Below, one piece after another: positions 52,301 to 62,614 of a stretch of DNA of 64,000 nucleotides; the first letter of the stretch is position 1, and each line of letters begins with the position of its first letter. Under the pieces are notes generated by a model. The model saw only the letters and a program-made list of their open reading frames with translations, was not told the DNA's origin and made no database searches. The translations under genes were made by a program, and so were the position numbers. This stretch comes from Candidatus Marinacidobacterales bacterium (GTDB lineage Bacteria > Acidobacteriota > Vicinamibacteria > Marinacidobacterales > SMYC01): assembly GCA_965224085.1 (NCBI GenBank), contig CBDCYI010000005.1:1632001-1696000 (forward strand), read 5' to 3'.

Positions 52301-52665
52301 CTAGAAAAGCATGCTTTCTTCGTCGATCTCGACCGTCCATTTGTATGGACGACCCGGGAGCCACTCGGCCTTGAGCTCGTAGCGAACCTCGATGCGGGTG
52401 CGCGTCGGATGCCGCGTGACCTTGATCATGTCGCGGCTAATCGGTAGGTGAAGCTCCGCCGATTTCTTCAGCACCTCTTGCATGACGACGTCAGCGGTCT
52501 TCGCGCGGGAGAACTTCGTCGTGTCGATCACCGCGTCCAGAAACTGAAACTGCGCAAACAGGGGGGGCCGAACTGTTTGACCTCGTAAGCAATGAACAGA
52601 AGCACCAAGAGGAAGATCACTAACCCGAAGGCGCCATCGCCTCGCTCACTTCTGAATCTTTGCAT
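52301..52665 (-). pseudogene. DUF4845-like single-TM protein frameshifted in a C7 tract
   Basis: AGGAGG RBS, MQRFRSERG-DG + TM; adding one C at 52561-52567 joins it to ORF 52301; lies downstream of lepB. Confidence 0.65.
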
Positions 52666-52705
52666 CGCCTACCCTCCTAAGGGTGTCGTGCAGGAGCGTT
52701 GGGCC

Positions 52706-53440
52706 TCACCGCACGAGACGGAAGAAACGATCCCAGCGCGTTTTGGTCAAAAAATAAGGTATGATGGAAATTAGTTCCTTGACACGATCCCAACCTTGTT
52801 TGAAATAGGCGTCTCGTCCATCTGGAGCATCGTAGGACCAATAAATCATCAGCGCCCGCCCCTTGAGAAGGTCTCCCGAAAGCGTTCCCCAGAACCGGCT
52901 GTCGTGGCTGTTGTCTCGATTGTCCCCCATTACGAAATAATGGCCTTCCGGAACGACGATCTCCGGCATGTTATCGCGACGCGCGTCGGAGAGGATCCCG
53001 AGAGAGGATGAACCTGGCGGCTCGCTGAAATGGACGTAAGGCTCGTCGAGCGGCTCGCCGTCGATATAGACCTTCTTGTTCTGAATGTGGAGCCGCTCGC
53101 CGGGAAGCCCGATCACGCGTTTGATGAAGTCCCTCTCAGGCTCTCCTGGGAACTTGAACACGACGATGTCGTGGCGGCGCACGTTCCGAACGGGCGCGAG
53201 CTCTTCCTCGAGAACGGATGGCGCGTTCGTGTAGAGCATCTTGTTGACGATGAGATGGTCGCCGATTAGCAGGTTCTCTTCCATCGAGCCGGTCGGGATC
53301 TTGAAGGCTTGAAACACGAACGTGCGGATGAACAAGGCCAGGATGACAGCGACACAGATCGACTCGAAATATTCGCGAAGGGTGGACTTTACCGGTCCTC
53401 GAGTGTCGGTCTCTTCTTTCGATTTGTCTTTCTTGCTCAC
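52706..53440 (-). CDS. lepB: Signal peptidase I
   Basis: IPTGSME, DFIKRVIGLPG, MGDNRDNSHDSR. Confidence 0.95.
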   Translation of the reverse strand: MSKKDKSKEETDTRGPVKSTLREYFESICVAVILALFIRTFVFQAFKIPTGSMEENLLIGDHLIVNKMLYTNAPSVLEEELAPVRNVRRHDIVVFKFPGEPERDFIKRVIGLPGERLHIQNKKVYIDGEPLDEPYVHFSEPPGSSSLGILSDARRDNMPEIVVPEGHYFVMGDNRDNSHDSRFWGTLSGDLLKGRALMIYWSYDAPDGRDAYFKQGWDRVKELISIIPYFLTKTRWDRFFRLVR

Positions 53441-53518
53441 AGATAGGCCCCCAAAGCCTAATTAGTTAGTACTGCCTTTATGATAACTTGAAGTCAGCAA
53501 TAAAGTGGGATCGACGAC

Positions 53519-54262
53519 TTACAGAGCCGCCCCCGCCAACAGTGTCATCCACTCCCGCACCGCGGCGTCTAGCCCAACCATCATGGCGCGCGCCACGAGG
53601 TCGTGACCCACATTGACTCGATGGATGCTGCCGAGTTCGATGAGCTTGGGGGTATTGCGAAGCGTTAGCCTGTGACTGACCCCGACGTGAAGGCCGAGCT
53701 TGGCGCAGAGCCTGGCGCAGTCGCCGACGCGTTGGAGCTCGCGGCGAATCGCTTCCTTATCGCTCGCCATACCGATGCCTTCGCTTGCCGCGACATAAGC
53801 CACGGTCGAGATCTCCACGCCGAGAGCGCCGACGCTGTGTGCCGCTTTGACCTGATCGATGGAAGGGTCGAGATAGATCGATGGGAAAATGGAGCTCTCG
53901 CGCAGATCCCGCACACACTCCTTGAGCTGCGCGCTGTTGAGCATGACGTCGAGACCACCGCCGCCTGCGTTTTCGAGGCGCTCTGGAATGAACGTCACGC
54001 GCGTCGGCTTGGCGGTGAAGGCGAAGCGAGCCATCTCCTGGCGCGGCGTCACGACGAGGTTGAGCTCGACGCCCACGGTCTCGCGAAGGTGGTCGATGTC
54101 ACGCTCCTGGATCCCCACCCGATCGGCTCTAAGGTGAACGTTGATCGCGGCCGCGCCCGCTTGCTCGGCGGTGAACGCCGCGAAGACCGGGTCGGGATTT
54201 TTGGCCTTGCGCGACTCGCGCAAAGCGGCGACTGCGTCCAGAGTGACACCTAACTCAATCAC
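53519..54262 (-). CDS. pdxJ: Pyridoxine 5'-phosphate synthase-like protein, degenerate active site
   Basis: PDPV, HLR.DR, PE, GGLDV, NVGH; several catalytic residues replaced. Confidence 0.75.
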   Translation of the reverse strand: MIELGVTLDAVAALRESRKAKNPDPVFAAFTAEQAGAAAINVHLRADRVGIQERDIDHLRETVGVELNLVVTPRQEMARFAFTAKPTRVTFIPERLENAGGGGLDVMLNSAQLKECVRDLRESSIFPSIYLDPSIDQVKAAHSVGALGVEISTVAYVAASEGIGMASDKEAIRRELQRVGDCARLCAKLGLHVGVSHRLTLRNTPKLIELGSIHRVNVGHDLVARAMMVGLDAAVREWMTLLAGAAL

Positions 54263-55601
54263 GAGAACTCCCAATAGTGCTCTCCACCGCGTCGCGCACG
54301 GTGGCGGTCAAGGATTCGATCTCTTCTGAGTCCGGACCTTCCATCATGATGCGAAGCAGCGGCTCCGTGCCCGAATAGCGGATCAGCACTCGCCCGCGCC
54401 CGTCGAGCTGGGCTTCAGCCTCCTCGATCGTATCGGCGATTTCTGGGATGGTGCGGACGTCCGGCCTCGAGCTCACCCCGACATTAACAAGAACTTGAGG
54501 AAACGGATCGAGGTGCGCCAGCTGATCTAGGCTTTCTCGCTCGATGGCGATCGTTCGGAGCACTTGCATGAGCGTCAATAGACCGTCGCCGGTCGCAGCG
54601 TGATCGGAGAAAATGATATGACCCGATTGTTCGCCACCGATAACAATATTACGCCGTTCCATATCCTGTGCGACGAACTTGTCGCCTACCTGAGTTCGAA
54701 AGAGCGTGATCTCCTCTTGGGCCAGAGACACTTCGAGGGCCATGTTGCTCATGACGGTGGCCACGACGCCGGATCCCGCCAGTCGACCTTCCTTCTTGAG
54801 ACGTTTAGCGCACATGAGCAGCATGGCGTCCCCGTTCACCGGTCGCCCCTTGGAATCCACGAGCAACAGACGATCCCCGTCGCCGTCAAGAGCGGCTCCG
54901 AAATCGCATCCGTGGCGCCTAACCGCTTCGGCCAGCCCGTCGAGATGCGTCGAGCCGCAATCCCGGTTGATATTCTTGCCGTCGGGCTCCGTTGCGAGCA
55001 GTACGGGCTCGAGCCCGATGGATTCGAGAAGCTTTGGACCAACGCGGTAACACGCGCCATTGGCGCAATCGAGAGCCAACCTGAGCGACGGTAGCGACGC
55101 GTCATCGCCAAGACTCCGTTTCAAGTGTTCCAAATAGAGGCCTTCGAGGTGCAGGCTCGGCGTCTTCTTAATTTCGCTCTCCTCCGGCTCGTCTCGCGAG
55201 GCGGCGCCGGCGACGGCGATCTCAATGGCTTCTTCGAACGCCTCGCTCGGCTTCACGCCGGTGGCGGAGAAAACCTTGATGCCGTTATCGTGATACGGAT
55301 TGTGCGAGGCCGAGATGACGACACCGGCGTCGAAACCCTGCACCCGTGTCAGAAAGGCGACCGCGGGTGTCGGGAGAACACCCGCGGATACGGAAACGCC
55401 CCCTCCTGCGTCGACGCCCGTCGCGAGCCAGTTCTCGAGATCCGCTCCCGAGCTCCGGGTGTCCCTGCCGATCAGAACGCGAGGTGTGTCCGGCGAGAGC
55501 TCTTCCGCGAGGGCCCGGCCCACGCGGCGCACGGAGGTACAGTCCAAGGGCGGTGCATAAGCTTCGCCGCGGATTCCGTCGGTTCCGAAGAGCTTTGCCA
55601 C
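54255..55601 (-). CDS. glmM: Phosphoglucosamine mutase
   Basis: FGTDGIRG, ISASHNP, DGDGDR, GGEQSGH, RYSGTEP. Confidence 0.96.
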   Translation of the reverse strand: MAKLFGTDGIRGEAYAPPLDCTSVRRVGRALAEELSPDTPRVLIGRDTRSSGADLENWLATGVDAGGGVSVSAGVLPTPAVAFLTRVQGFDAGVVISASHNPYHDNGIKVFSATGVKPSEAFEEAIEIAVAGAASRDEPEESEIKKTPSLHLEGLYLEHLKRSLGDDASLPSLRLALDCANGACYRVGPKLLESIGLEPVLLATEPDGKNINRDCGSTHLDGLAEAVRRHGCDFGAALDGDGDRLLLVDSKGRPVNGDAMLLMCAKRLKKEGRLAGSGVVATVMSNMALEVSLAQEEITLFRTQVGDKFVAQDMERRNIVIGGEQSGHIIFSDHAATGDGLLTLMQVLRTIAIERESLDQLAHLDPFPQVLVNVGVSSRPDVRTIPEIADTIEEAEAQLDGRGRVLIRYSGTEPLLRIMMEGPDSEEIESLTATVRDAVESTIGSSRD

Positions 55602-56518
55602 TATTGGACCTGGACCTCGAGCTCGTCCGGAGCGACGGAGACGATATGCACGGCTGCCAACTCGTCGGGACGGATCACGTGCACGATCGGCACGACTTTG
55701 TGGCGTCCGGCACCGAGACCGTCGAGGCGCACTTCGACTTCGAGATCTTCCGCGCGCAGTTGCTCGATCAGGCTTCGCGGGCCCTCCACGACGACGCGAA
55801 CGGTTTTGGGCTCGAGACGCGCGTTCATCGCTTCCGGTCTGGTCATGACCTCGACCCCCGCGAGGCCCCTCCGGAGCAGGTCCTCGCGCACGTCGAGCGT
55901 GAGCTCGATGCTCGTCCCGGATTCCAGCCGTACGAGAGGATGGAGCTCGAGGCGCACGGCGCGTGAGAAAGGTTGGCGTAGGCCGTCGGCCGATACGGGC
56001 TCTGTCGTGACTTGCTCGAGCCCGCGCACTTGCGAGGCCGGTCCGACAACGGTGACCACCTGCGGCGAAAGCGTGATGTTCTGAAGCTCGAAACCCTCCG
56101 CGGGCGCGCCGAGAATACGCGGGATCACGTTGATCGTGCGCTCCATCGTGCGGTCGAGCTCGATTTTGAGACTCGACGGCGTCACGCGCATCACGCGTGC
56201 GCCGAACGGCACTACGACGTCTTCCGGCGTGAGATAGGCGATGCGCTCTCCCGGCTCGGCCTCCGAGAGATCCACCGCCACGCTCAAATCCTGAGCCGAG
56301 ATGCTCCGAAGAATCTCCGCGGGGCCTCGCAAGCGCACGTCTACCTGCTGGACGGACTCCTCGACTACTTCGAGCCCTTCGGGGACATCCCGGAGCTCGA
56401 AAGGGATGGAGAAAGCGAACTCGACGCCTGAATCCCGTGCCACCGCGTACCAGAAGGTGAAGCCGAGCAGAAGCGAGAATAGCTTCAGGGCGATATTGTC
56501 GGTCAGAAACGACTTCAT
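55601..56518 (-). CDS. cdaR: CdaR/YbbR-domain protein
   Basis: N-terminal TM (LKLFSLL...WY) and YbbR repeats; between cdaA and glmM. Confidence 0.85.
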   Translation of the reverse strand: MKSFLTDNIALKLFSLLLGFTFWYAVARDSGVEFAFSIPFELRDVPEGLEVVEESVQQVDVRLRGPAEILRSISAQDLSVAVDLSEAEPGERIAYLTPEDVVVPFGARVMRVTPSSLKIELDRTMERTINVIPRILGAPAEGFELQNITLSPQVVTVVGPASQVRGLEQVTTEPVSADGLRQPFSRAVRLELHPLVRLESGTSIELTLDVREDLLRRGLAGVEVMTRPEAMNARLEPKTVRVVVEGPRSLIEQLRAEDLEVEVRLDGLGAGRHKVVPIVHVIRPDELAAVHIVSVAPDELEVQVQ

Positions 56519-57357
56519 GTGATCGGCCCTTCGGTCGCGGAGACAGAACCGGTGCGTGTCTCGGCCGGGCTCGCCTCTTTGTCTTTCTGTCCCATCGCGT
56601 CCCGGAGCTTCGAGCGAAGCTGCTTTGCGTCGAGGCCGGAAACGATCGCTCCGTCCTCCATGAAGCTCACGAGCCCCGTCTCTTCAGAGACGACGATCGC
56701 GATCGCGTCCGTATCTTCACTAATGCCGATGGCGGCGCGATGGCGGGTCCCGAGCTGTTTGCCGAGCTGCGGATTGATCGAGATCGGAAGAAAACAGGCC
56801 GCTGCTGCTGCGCGGTCTCCTTGAATGATGACCGCGCCGTCATGGAGCGGCGATTTCGGGTTGAACACGGACAAGAGAAGGTCGTAGGTCACGACGGCAT
56901 CGAGCATGACGCCGGCTTCGGCATAACTGCGAAGGCCGATATCCCGCTCGAGGACGAGGATGGCTCCCACGCGCCGCTCAGCGAGCGTGAGCACGGAAAA
57001 AGCGACCTCGTCGAGTGTTCCTTTGCTGCTCGTGGGGTTCAAGAATCGAAAAAGTGGCGCCCGTCCCAGATTGGCGAGCCCGCGCCGGAGCTCCTGCTGG
57101 TAGAGAACGATGATGGCAAAGCCGATATAGGCCAGCGTATTCCGAAGCAGCCAATTCACGGCGGTGAGGTCGGCCCAACGCGAAGCGAAAAAGAGCAGAA
57201 CGAGCAGCAGCGTGCCGACCACCATCTGGAACGCGCGCCCGCCCCGGACGAGCTGAAAGAGCTTGTAGAACAGAAAGCTCACTAGCAAGATGTCGACAAC
57301 ATCGTTCCAGGAGAGCTCTCGGGACAAGCTCTGCCAAAACTCGACGAACACCGGCAT
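56515..57357 (-). CDS. cdaA: Diadenylate cyclase CdaA/DacA
   Basis: Three TMs, QQELRR, PLHDGAV, GTRHRAA, VVSEETG. Confidence 0.94.
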   Translation of the reverse strand: MPVFVEFWQSLSRELSWNDVVDILLVSFLFYKLFQLVRGGRAFQMVVGTLLLVLLFFASRWADLTAVNWLLRNTLAYIGFAIIVLYQQELRRGLANLGRAPLFRFLNPTSSKGTLDEVAFSVLTLAERRVGAILVLERDIGLRSYAEAGVMLDAVVTYDLLLSVFNPKSPLHDGAVIIQGDRAAAAACFLPISINPQLGKQLGTRHRAAIGISEDTDAIAIVVSEETGLVSFMEDGAIVSGLDAKQLRSKLRDAMGQKDKEASPAETRTGSVSATEGPIT

Positions 57358-58262
57358 CAGCTCGGGGTCCTGGCGGGCGAGGCTGCCTCATGCGGCACCA
57401 CATTTAGGGACGGGGAGGTGGCATTTCGAATCGCGTCGGCGACGGTCGCAACGTCCCGCATTTCGGAGACATCGTGTACCCGCACGATGCTGGCGCCGCG
57501 AAGGATGGCGGCGGCGACACTCGCCGCCGTGCCGAATATCCGAGCTTCGGCTTCGCTTGAGAGTAGCTTTCCGATGAAACCTTTCCGAGACGTCCCCACG
57601 AGGATCGGTTTGCCGAGCTCAGCGAGCGTCGCGAGCTCGTTCAAGAGCGTCAAGTTATGTGAAAGCGTCTTCCCGAAACCGATGCCGGGATCGACCACGA
57701 TCGCGTCGCTCGCGATGCCCGCGCGCACGGCGCGCGCTACGGCCTCGCTGAGGCTGGCTTTTACCTCGGCCACGACGTCGTCATATCGGGGCTCGGACTG
57801 CATCGTTTCCGGCGTACCTTGCATGTGCATGAGCACGATCCCCGCTCCGGCATCTGCGGCGACTTCGGCCATTCGGAGGTCGCCTCCGAGCGCGGTAACG
57901 TCGTTGACGATGTCGGCGCCATTCGCGAGGGCGTCTTCGGCGACCTCCGCCTTGCGCGTATCCACGGAGAGCATCCGCTCGGTCCGCGATCGCAAGTTCT
58001 CGAGCACCGGTAGGACGCGATCCAACTCCTCTTTCGTCGAGACCGGCGCCGCCCCCGGCCGCGTCGACTCGCCCCCTATATCGAGGATGTCTGCGCCTGC
58101 TTCCGCGAGACGAAGAGCCCCGGACGTCGCGGCGTCGACGTCGGGATACCGGCTACCGGCGTAGAACGAGTCTTTTGTGACGTTGACAACGCCCATGATA
58201 GCGGTTCGACGTGAAAGGTCGAGGCGCTTGGCTCTGGCTCGAAAGATTTGAGACACGATCAA
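57357..58262 (-). CDS. folP: Dihydropteroate synthase
   Basis: MGVVNVT.DSF, DIGGESTRPG, DPGIGFGK, GTSRKGF, VRVHDV. Confidence 0.95.
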   Translation of the reverse strand: MIVSQIFRARAKRLDLSRRTAIMGVVNVTKDSFYAGSRYPDVDAATSGALRLAEAGADILDIGGESTRPGAAPVSTKEELDRVLPVLENLRSRTERMLSVDTRKAEVAEDALANGADIVNDVTALGGDLRMAEVAADAGAGIVLMHMQGTPETMQSEPRYDDVVAEVKASLSEAVARAVRAGIASDAIVVDPGIGFGKTLSHNLTLLNELATLAELGKPILVGTSRKGFIGKLLSSEAEARIFGTAASVAAAILRGASIVRVHDVSEMRDVATVADAIRNATSPSLNVVPHEAASPARTPS

Positions 58263-58341
58263 ATGAAGCTCCGGCGACCGAGCCGAACCCAGGGTCCCGC
58301 ATTCGCGGGGCAGGCGTCCCTGGAGCGCGCTCGACTCGTCG

Positions 58342-60273
58342 TTAACTCTGTGGGACGCTACCGGGGTTTTGGAGAATCGGCGGCGTCAGAGGCGCCTTAC
58401 GCTTTTTCTCCTTCTCCGTGGCCTCCGGTTTATCGCGAACGGCCTCATCTACCGCCGTCTCGCGCTCCTTGAGCGGAAGGCCTTCGATGAGCATCTTCAC
58501 GTCCTCGGCGTCGAGCACTTCTCTCTCGATGAGCGCCGCGGCGACTCTTTCGAGCACCTCACGATTCTCGCTCAGAATCTTCTTCGCCCGATCATAGCTT
58601 TCGCTAACGATGCGTTTGACTTCCTGGTCGATCTGGAGAGCGGTGTGCTCGCTATAGTCTTGATGCCTCGCGATGTCGCGACCGAGGAAGACCTGCTCTT
58701 CTTTACGTCCAAACGTGAGCGGCCCCATTTTCTTGCTCATGCCCCACTCGCACACCATCTTCCTGGCGAGCTCAGTCGCTTTTTCGAGATCGTTGTTAGC
58801 GCCGGTCGTGAGCTGATCGAGAAAGATCTCTTCGGCTATGCGGCCACCCATGGCTACGGAAATGCTGGCTTCCACGTAGTTGCGATCGTGGCTTAGCCGG
58901 TCCGACTCCGGCAAGAGCATCGTGACGCCCATTGCCATACCGCGCGGGATGATCGTGACTTTGTGAATCGGATCCGCATCTTCGAGAAACGCCGCGACGA
59001 GCGCGTGGCCGCCCTCGTGATAGGCCGTCGTACGCTTTTCTTCGTCGCTCATAATCATGGAACGGCGCTCCGAGCCCATGAGGACTTTGTCCTTCGCTTC
59101 TTCGAAGTCTTGCATCCGAACGACTTTCAGCCCGTGCCGCGCCGCGTACAGCGCCGCCTCATTGACGAGATTGGCCAGATCCGCGCCGGAGAAGCCCGGG
59201 GTCCCCCGCGCGAGGACGGTGAGATCGACATCATTCGCGAGCGGGATGCGGCTCGTATGGACTTTGAAAATACCTTCGCGTCCCCCGACATCGGGAAGCG
59301 AAACGACGACGCGACGGTCGAAGCGGCCAGGCCTGAGCAGTGCCGGGTCGAGGACGTCGGGACGATTGGTAGCGGCGATGAGAATGACCCCTTCGTTGGA
59401 CTCGAACCCGTCCATCTCCACGAGGAGCTGATTCAGTGTTTGCTCGCGCTCGTCATGCCCACCTCCTAGACCCGCGCCGCGATGGCGGCCAACGGCGTCG
59501 ATCTCGTCGATGAAAATGATGCACGGTGCGTTCTTCTTGCCTTGCTCGAAGAGATCGCGCACGCGGCTCGCGCCTACGCCGACGAACATCTCGACGAAAT
59601 CGGAGCCGCTGATCGAGAAAAACGGCACATTGGCTTCACCGGAGATGGCGCGCGCGAGAAGCGTCTTGCCGGTTCCTGGAGGTCCCATGAGAAGAACGCC
59701 TTTGGGGATACGGCCGCCGAGCTTCTGGAATTTCTGAGGCTCTCTCAGAAAGTCGATGATCTCTTGGAGCTCTTCTTTGGCTTCGTCCACGCCCGCGACG
59801 TCTTTGAACGTGACCTTTTTCTGTTGGCTGCTAGATAGCTTGGCTTTGCTCTTGCCGAAAGACAAGGCTCTATTGCCCGATCCTTGCATTTGCCTCATGA
59901 AAAAGATCAAAAATGCGATCATGATGACGATGGGCGTCCAGCTTATGATGTGCCCGAGCCACGACGAACTGTTCGCATCTCTCGCGTGGACCTCGACCCC
60001 CTTATCGAGCATCACGTTGACAAGGTTCTCCATCTGCGGCGGAGCGAACGTGCGGATCGCCTGGCCGTTCTTGAACTCGCCGACGATCTGGCTTCCGGCA
60101 CCCGTTCCAGTGATGGTCACTTTGGCGACGTGGCCCTGGTCGAGCTGGGCCATGAAATCGCTGAAGCTGAGTGGGCGTTCGTTCTTCTGGATACGGGACG
60201 AAACACTATAAAACAGAAAGATCACAAGTGCTGCGACCATCCAAAACATCAAGTTCTTCATCGTGGAGTTCAA
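58342..60273 (-). CDS. ftsH: ATP-dependent zinc metalloprotease FtsH
   Basis: [23 protein letters not shown]; TTG start at 60273 with GGAGG. Confidence 0.96.
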   Translation of the reverse strand: MNSTMKNLMFWMVAALVIFLFYSVSSRIQKNERPLSFSDFMAQLDQGHVAKVTITGTGAGSQIVGEFKNGQAIRTFAPPQMENLVNVMLDKGVEVHARDANSSSWLGHIISWTPIVIMIAFLIFFMRQMQGSGNRALSFGKSKAKLSSSQQKKVTFKDVAGVDEAKEELQEIIDFLREPQKFQKLGGRIPKGVLLMGPPGTGKTLLARAISGEANVPFFSISGSDFVEMFVGVGASRVRDLFEQGKKNAPCIIFIDEIDAVGRHRGAGLGGGHDEREQTLNQLLVEMDGFESNEGVILIAATNRPDVLDPALLRPGRFDRRVVVSLPDVGGREGIFKVHTSRIPLANDVDLTVLARGTPGFSGADLANLVNEAALYAARHGLKVVRMQDFEEAKDKVLMGSERRSMIMSDEEKRTTAYHEGGHALVAAFLEDADPIHKVTIIPRGMAMGVTMLLPESDRLSHDRNYVEASISVAMGGRIAEEIFLDQLTTGANNDLEKATELARKMVCEWGMSKKMGPLTFGRKEEQVFLGRDIARHQDYSEHTALQIDQEVKRIVSESYDRAKKILSENREVLERVAAALIEREVLDAEDVKMLIEGLPLKERETAVDEAVRDKPEATEKEKKRKAPLTPPILQNPGSVPQS

Positions 60274-60313
60274 AAGCCGCCTCCGATAAGCGAAATTTCT
60301 GGCGATTCCTTCT

Positions 60314-60841
60314 TCATGAGCTCGCGGCCTCGGCGAGGCCGAGAAAAGGCGCGCCGCGGTGATGCTCCGCGAGGCCCAAACCGTAGCCTGCGACGAAGCC
60401 TTCTTTTTCGAGCTCGAAACATGTGTAGTCCACCGGGCAGTCGACCTTCCGGTGTTTTTCACGATTGATGAGCGCTGCCACTTTGAGCGACCGAGGCTTC
60501 CATGTTTCCTGGATATGCCCCGTAATGAAGCTCAAAGTGATTCCCGTGTCGACGACACCCTGTATTAGTAGTACGTCACGAGCGCTGAAATCGTTCGCTT
60601 GGCCGAACGCGATATCGACCCGCTTCGAATCTTGTGTGCCGACCCTCATGAAATCGCAAGTCAGCGAAAGGTCGACCGCGCGGATGAGATCGGCCATGAA
60701 GACCATCGAGTTCGGGAGGACGCCCACGCAGGCGATGTTCCCGTCCGGGAAATCCGCGGTAATCTGCTGGCCGAGCTCGCGCACACGTACCCTGATGGCC
60801 TTCTCGTCGTAAACCACTGATAATTTTGACACTTGGCTCAT
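60314..60841 (-). CDS. hpt: Hypoxanthine phosphoribosyltransferase-like protein, degenerate
   Basis: tilS-hpt-ftsH position; [25 protein letters not shown]. Confidence 0.78.
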   Translation of the reverse strand: MSQVSKLSVVYDEKAIRVRVRELGQQITADFPDGNIACVGVLPNSMVFMADLIRAVDLSLTCDFMRVGTQDSKRVDIAFGQANDFSARDVLLIQGVVDTGITLSFITGHIQETWKPRSLKVAALINREKHRKVDCPVDYTCFELEKEGFVAGYGLGLAEHHRGAPFLGLAEAASS

Positions 60842-62259
60842 TGGCTCACCCAATCGAGGCGAAGGTGCACGCGGCCCGCACCGAGCCGCGCGGTTTCCGA
60901 AACCCTGTGACCCACGACCCAGAGGATGTCGTCACTTCGATTCTCAGATCCTGGCCTCACCACCAACGGCACTTGTTGCCTCTCTTCCTTAGCGACTTTC
61001 CGGTCCATCAGATAACGTGCGAGCGGCTTCGCTCCCGGGGCCCCAAGCGGTCGAAACCGGTCCGCGCTGCGGGGGCTTCTCACGACCAGGTCGCGAGCCT
61101 CACCCTCGACGCCGACCACGACCGTGTTTCCCGCGACTTTTGGAGGCTTGTCCCCACTTCGAATCGGCCCTATAAAATGCGCCGTCAGGAGACCCTGCCT
61201 CTCCAGGATTGGCAGCTGTGCAGGGATCCTCAGACGGTACTCATACGTATTATAGCCGGTTGGGAAGCGTTTGCGCCGGGAGCGGCCCGATCCCGGAGAG
61301 AGGGCCAGGCGATCGAACGATCGCGCCACCACGAGCCCCGGCAGATGGATCTCCCGCCCGCTCTTGCCGTTTTCGAGAAGCGAGAGAGCATCTTCGACAT
61401 GCCGCTGGCTGAGATTGCGGGTGTGACCGCGCAGCACTTCGACGGCTCGGCGCACCACACGGCGCTTGATAGCGACCGGAAAGGCGGCGAGCGCCTCGAC
61501 GGAGAGGGTGATGGTCGCGCCGTCGGCGGAGGCGAGCTCTTTAAAAGCGGTACGTGCCGCCGCATCCATGAAGTCTTCCTCGTCTCGAAGGATCTCCGCG
61601 TTCCGCGCAAGCGTTTCGGCCACATGAGGGTTGAGCTCGCCGAGTCGCGGGAGGATATCGTGCCGCAGGCGGTTTCGCGTGAACCGCAGGTCGCCGTTGC
61701 TCGGGTCGTCGCGATAGCCGAGCTCGCGCTCGCCCAGAAAAGCGATGATTTCGTCCCGGCGAAGCTCGATGAGTGGGCGGATGCGCTCTCTCGCGACCGG
61801 GCGCATCGAGCCGAGGCCTCGTGCGCCGGATCCGCGAAGAGCTCTCATGAGAAAAGTCTCAGCCTGGTCGTCCATCGTGTGGGCAACAGCTATCCGGGTG
61901 CAGCCGCGACAGGCCGCTTGTTCGGCGAGGAATCGATAGCGGCACACACGGCCCTGCTCCTCGAGCGAACGCTTCGAACGCGCCGCGAGGCTCGCGACGT
62001 CGACGCGCTCGAAAGTAAAGGGCAACCCTAGTCCCTCCGCGAGCTCGCGACAAAAAGCCTCGTCGTCATCGGCCTCGGGCCGAAGCCCGTGATGGAGATG
62101 GGCGAGCTCCACGTCGATCTCGAGAGTCGAGCGAAGCTCCGTGAGGACGTGCGACAACGTAACGGAATCTGCCCCGCCCGAGACCCCGACGAGGACGCGG
62201 TCCGACGGGCTGACCATGCCTGCACGTGTGATCGTAGTCAAGACTCTATCGAGCAGCAT
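60838..62259 (-). CDS. tilS: tRNA(Ile)-lysidine synthetase
   Basis: SGGADS, HHGLR, AHTMDDQAET, IRPL, DPSN, RNRLRH. Confidence 0.95.
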   Translation of the reverse strand: MLLDRVLTTITRAGMVSPSDRVLVGVSGGADSVTLSHVLTELRSTLEIDVELAHLHHGLRPEADDDEAFCRELAEGLGLPFTFERVDVASLAARSKRSLEEQGRVCRYRFLAEQAACRGCTRIAVAHTMDDQAETFLMRALRGSGARGLGSMRPVARERIRPLIELRRDEIIAFLGERELGYRDDPSNGDLRFTRNRLRHDILPRLGELNPHVAETLARNAEILRDEEDFMDAAARTAFKELASADGATITLSVEALAAFPVAIKRRVVRRAVEVLRGHTRNLSQRHVEDALSLLENGKSGREIHLPGLVVARSFDRLALSPGSGRSRRKRFPTGYNTYEYRLRIPAQLPILERQGLLTAHFIGPIRSGDKPPKVAGNTVVVGVEGEARDLVVRSPRSADRFRPLGAPGAKPLARYLMDRKVAKEERQQVPLVVRPGSENRSDDILWVVGHRVSETARLGAGRVHLRLDWVSQ

Positions 62260-62361
62260 GGTCGGACGGGTTTGCGGAGCCGTTGTGCGCTTTTGTATAA
62301 GTGTAATATAATATGAGAGTTAGGGCTATCTGTCAAGGACGAAGCGGGGGCCGAGAGCACC

Positions 62362-62529
62362 ATGGACAACAAGTGTTGCCATTGCGGGGTCAGCGAAGAC
62401 GAACGTCCGGTCGTGAAGTGCGTCATCTGCTTCCGCTACTACTGCAAGGAATGCGAGTTCGACCGCGGGGGTCGGCCGTTTTGCACCAAGCAGTGCTCCG
62501 AGTTTTTCTTTTTCGGAGATGACGATTGA
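62362..62529 (+). CDS. Small Cys-rich putative zinc-finger protein (55 aa), missed by the ORF track
   Basis: MDNKCCHCGVSEDERPVVKCVICFRYYCKECEFDRGGRPFCTKQCSEFFFFGDDD; 9 Cys; AT-rich promoter region upstream. Confidence 0.7.
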   Translation: MDNKCCHCGVSEDERPVVKCVICFRYYCKECEFDRGGRPFCTKQCSEFFFFGDDD

Positions 62530-62614
62530 TTCAGCATATTCGCGCTTCTCACTCACATCTGATTGTCTCGAAGCAGCCCGAATGCGGACGTTTCAGGAAT
62601 ATTAGTCCCGCTTG

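Noticed and set aside
58263-58341. Nested hairpin between ftsH and folP as a riboswitch
   Set aside because: No recognisable aptamer consensus; more likely a REP-like or mRNA-stabilising stem
60274-60462. N-terminal extension of FtsH in the ORF track
   Set aside because: Overlaps hpt; an RBS-supported TTG start is at 60273
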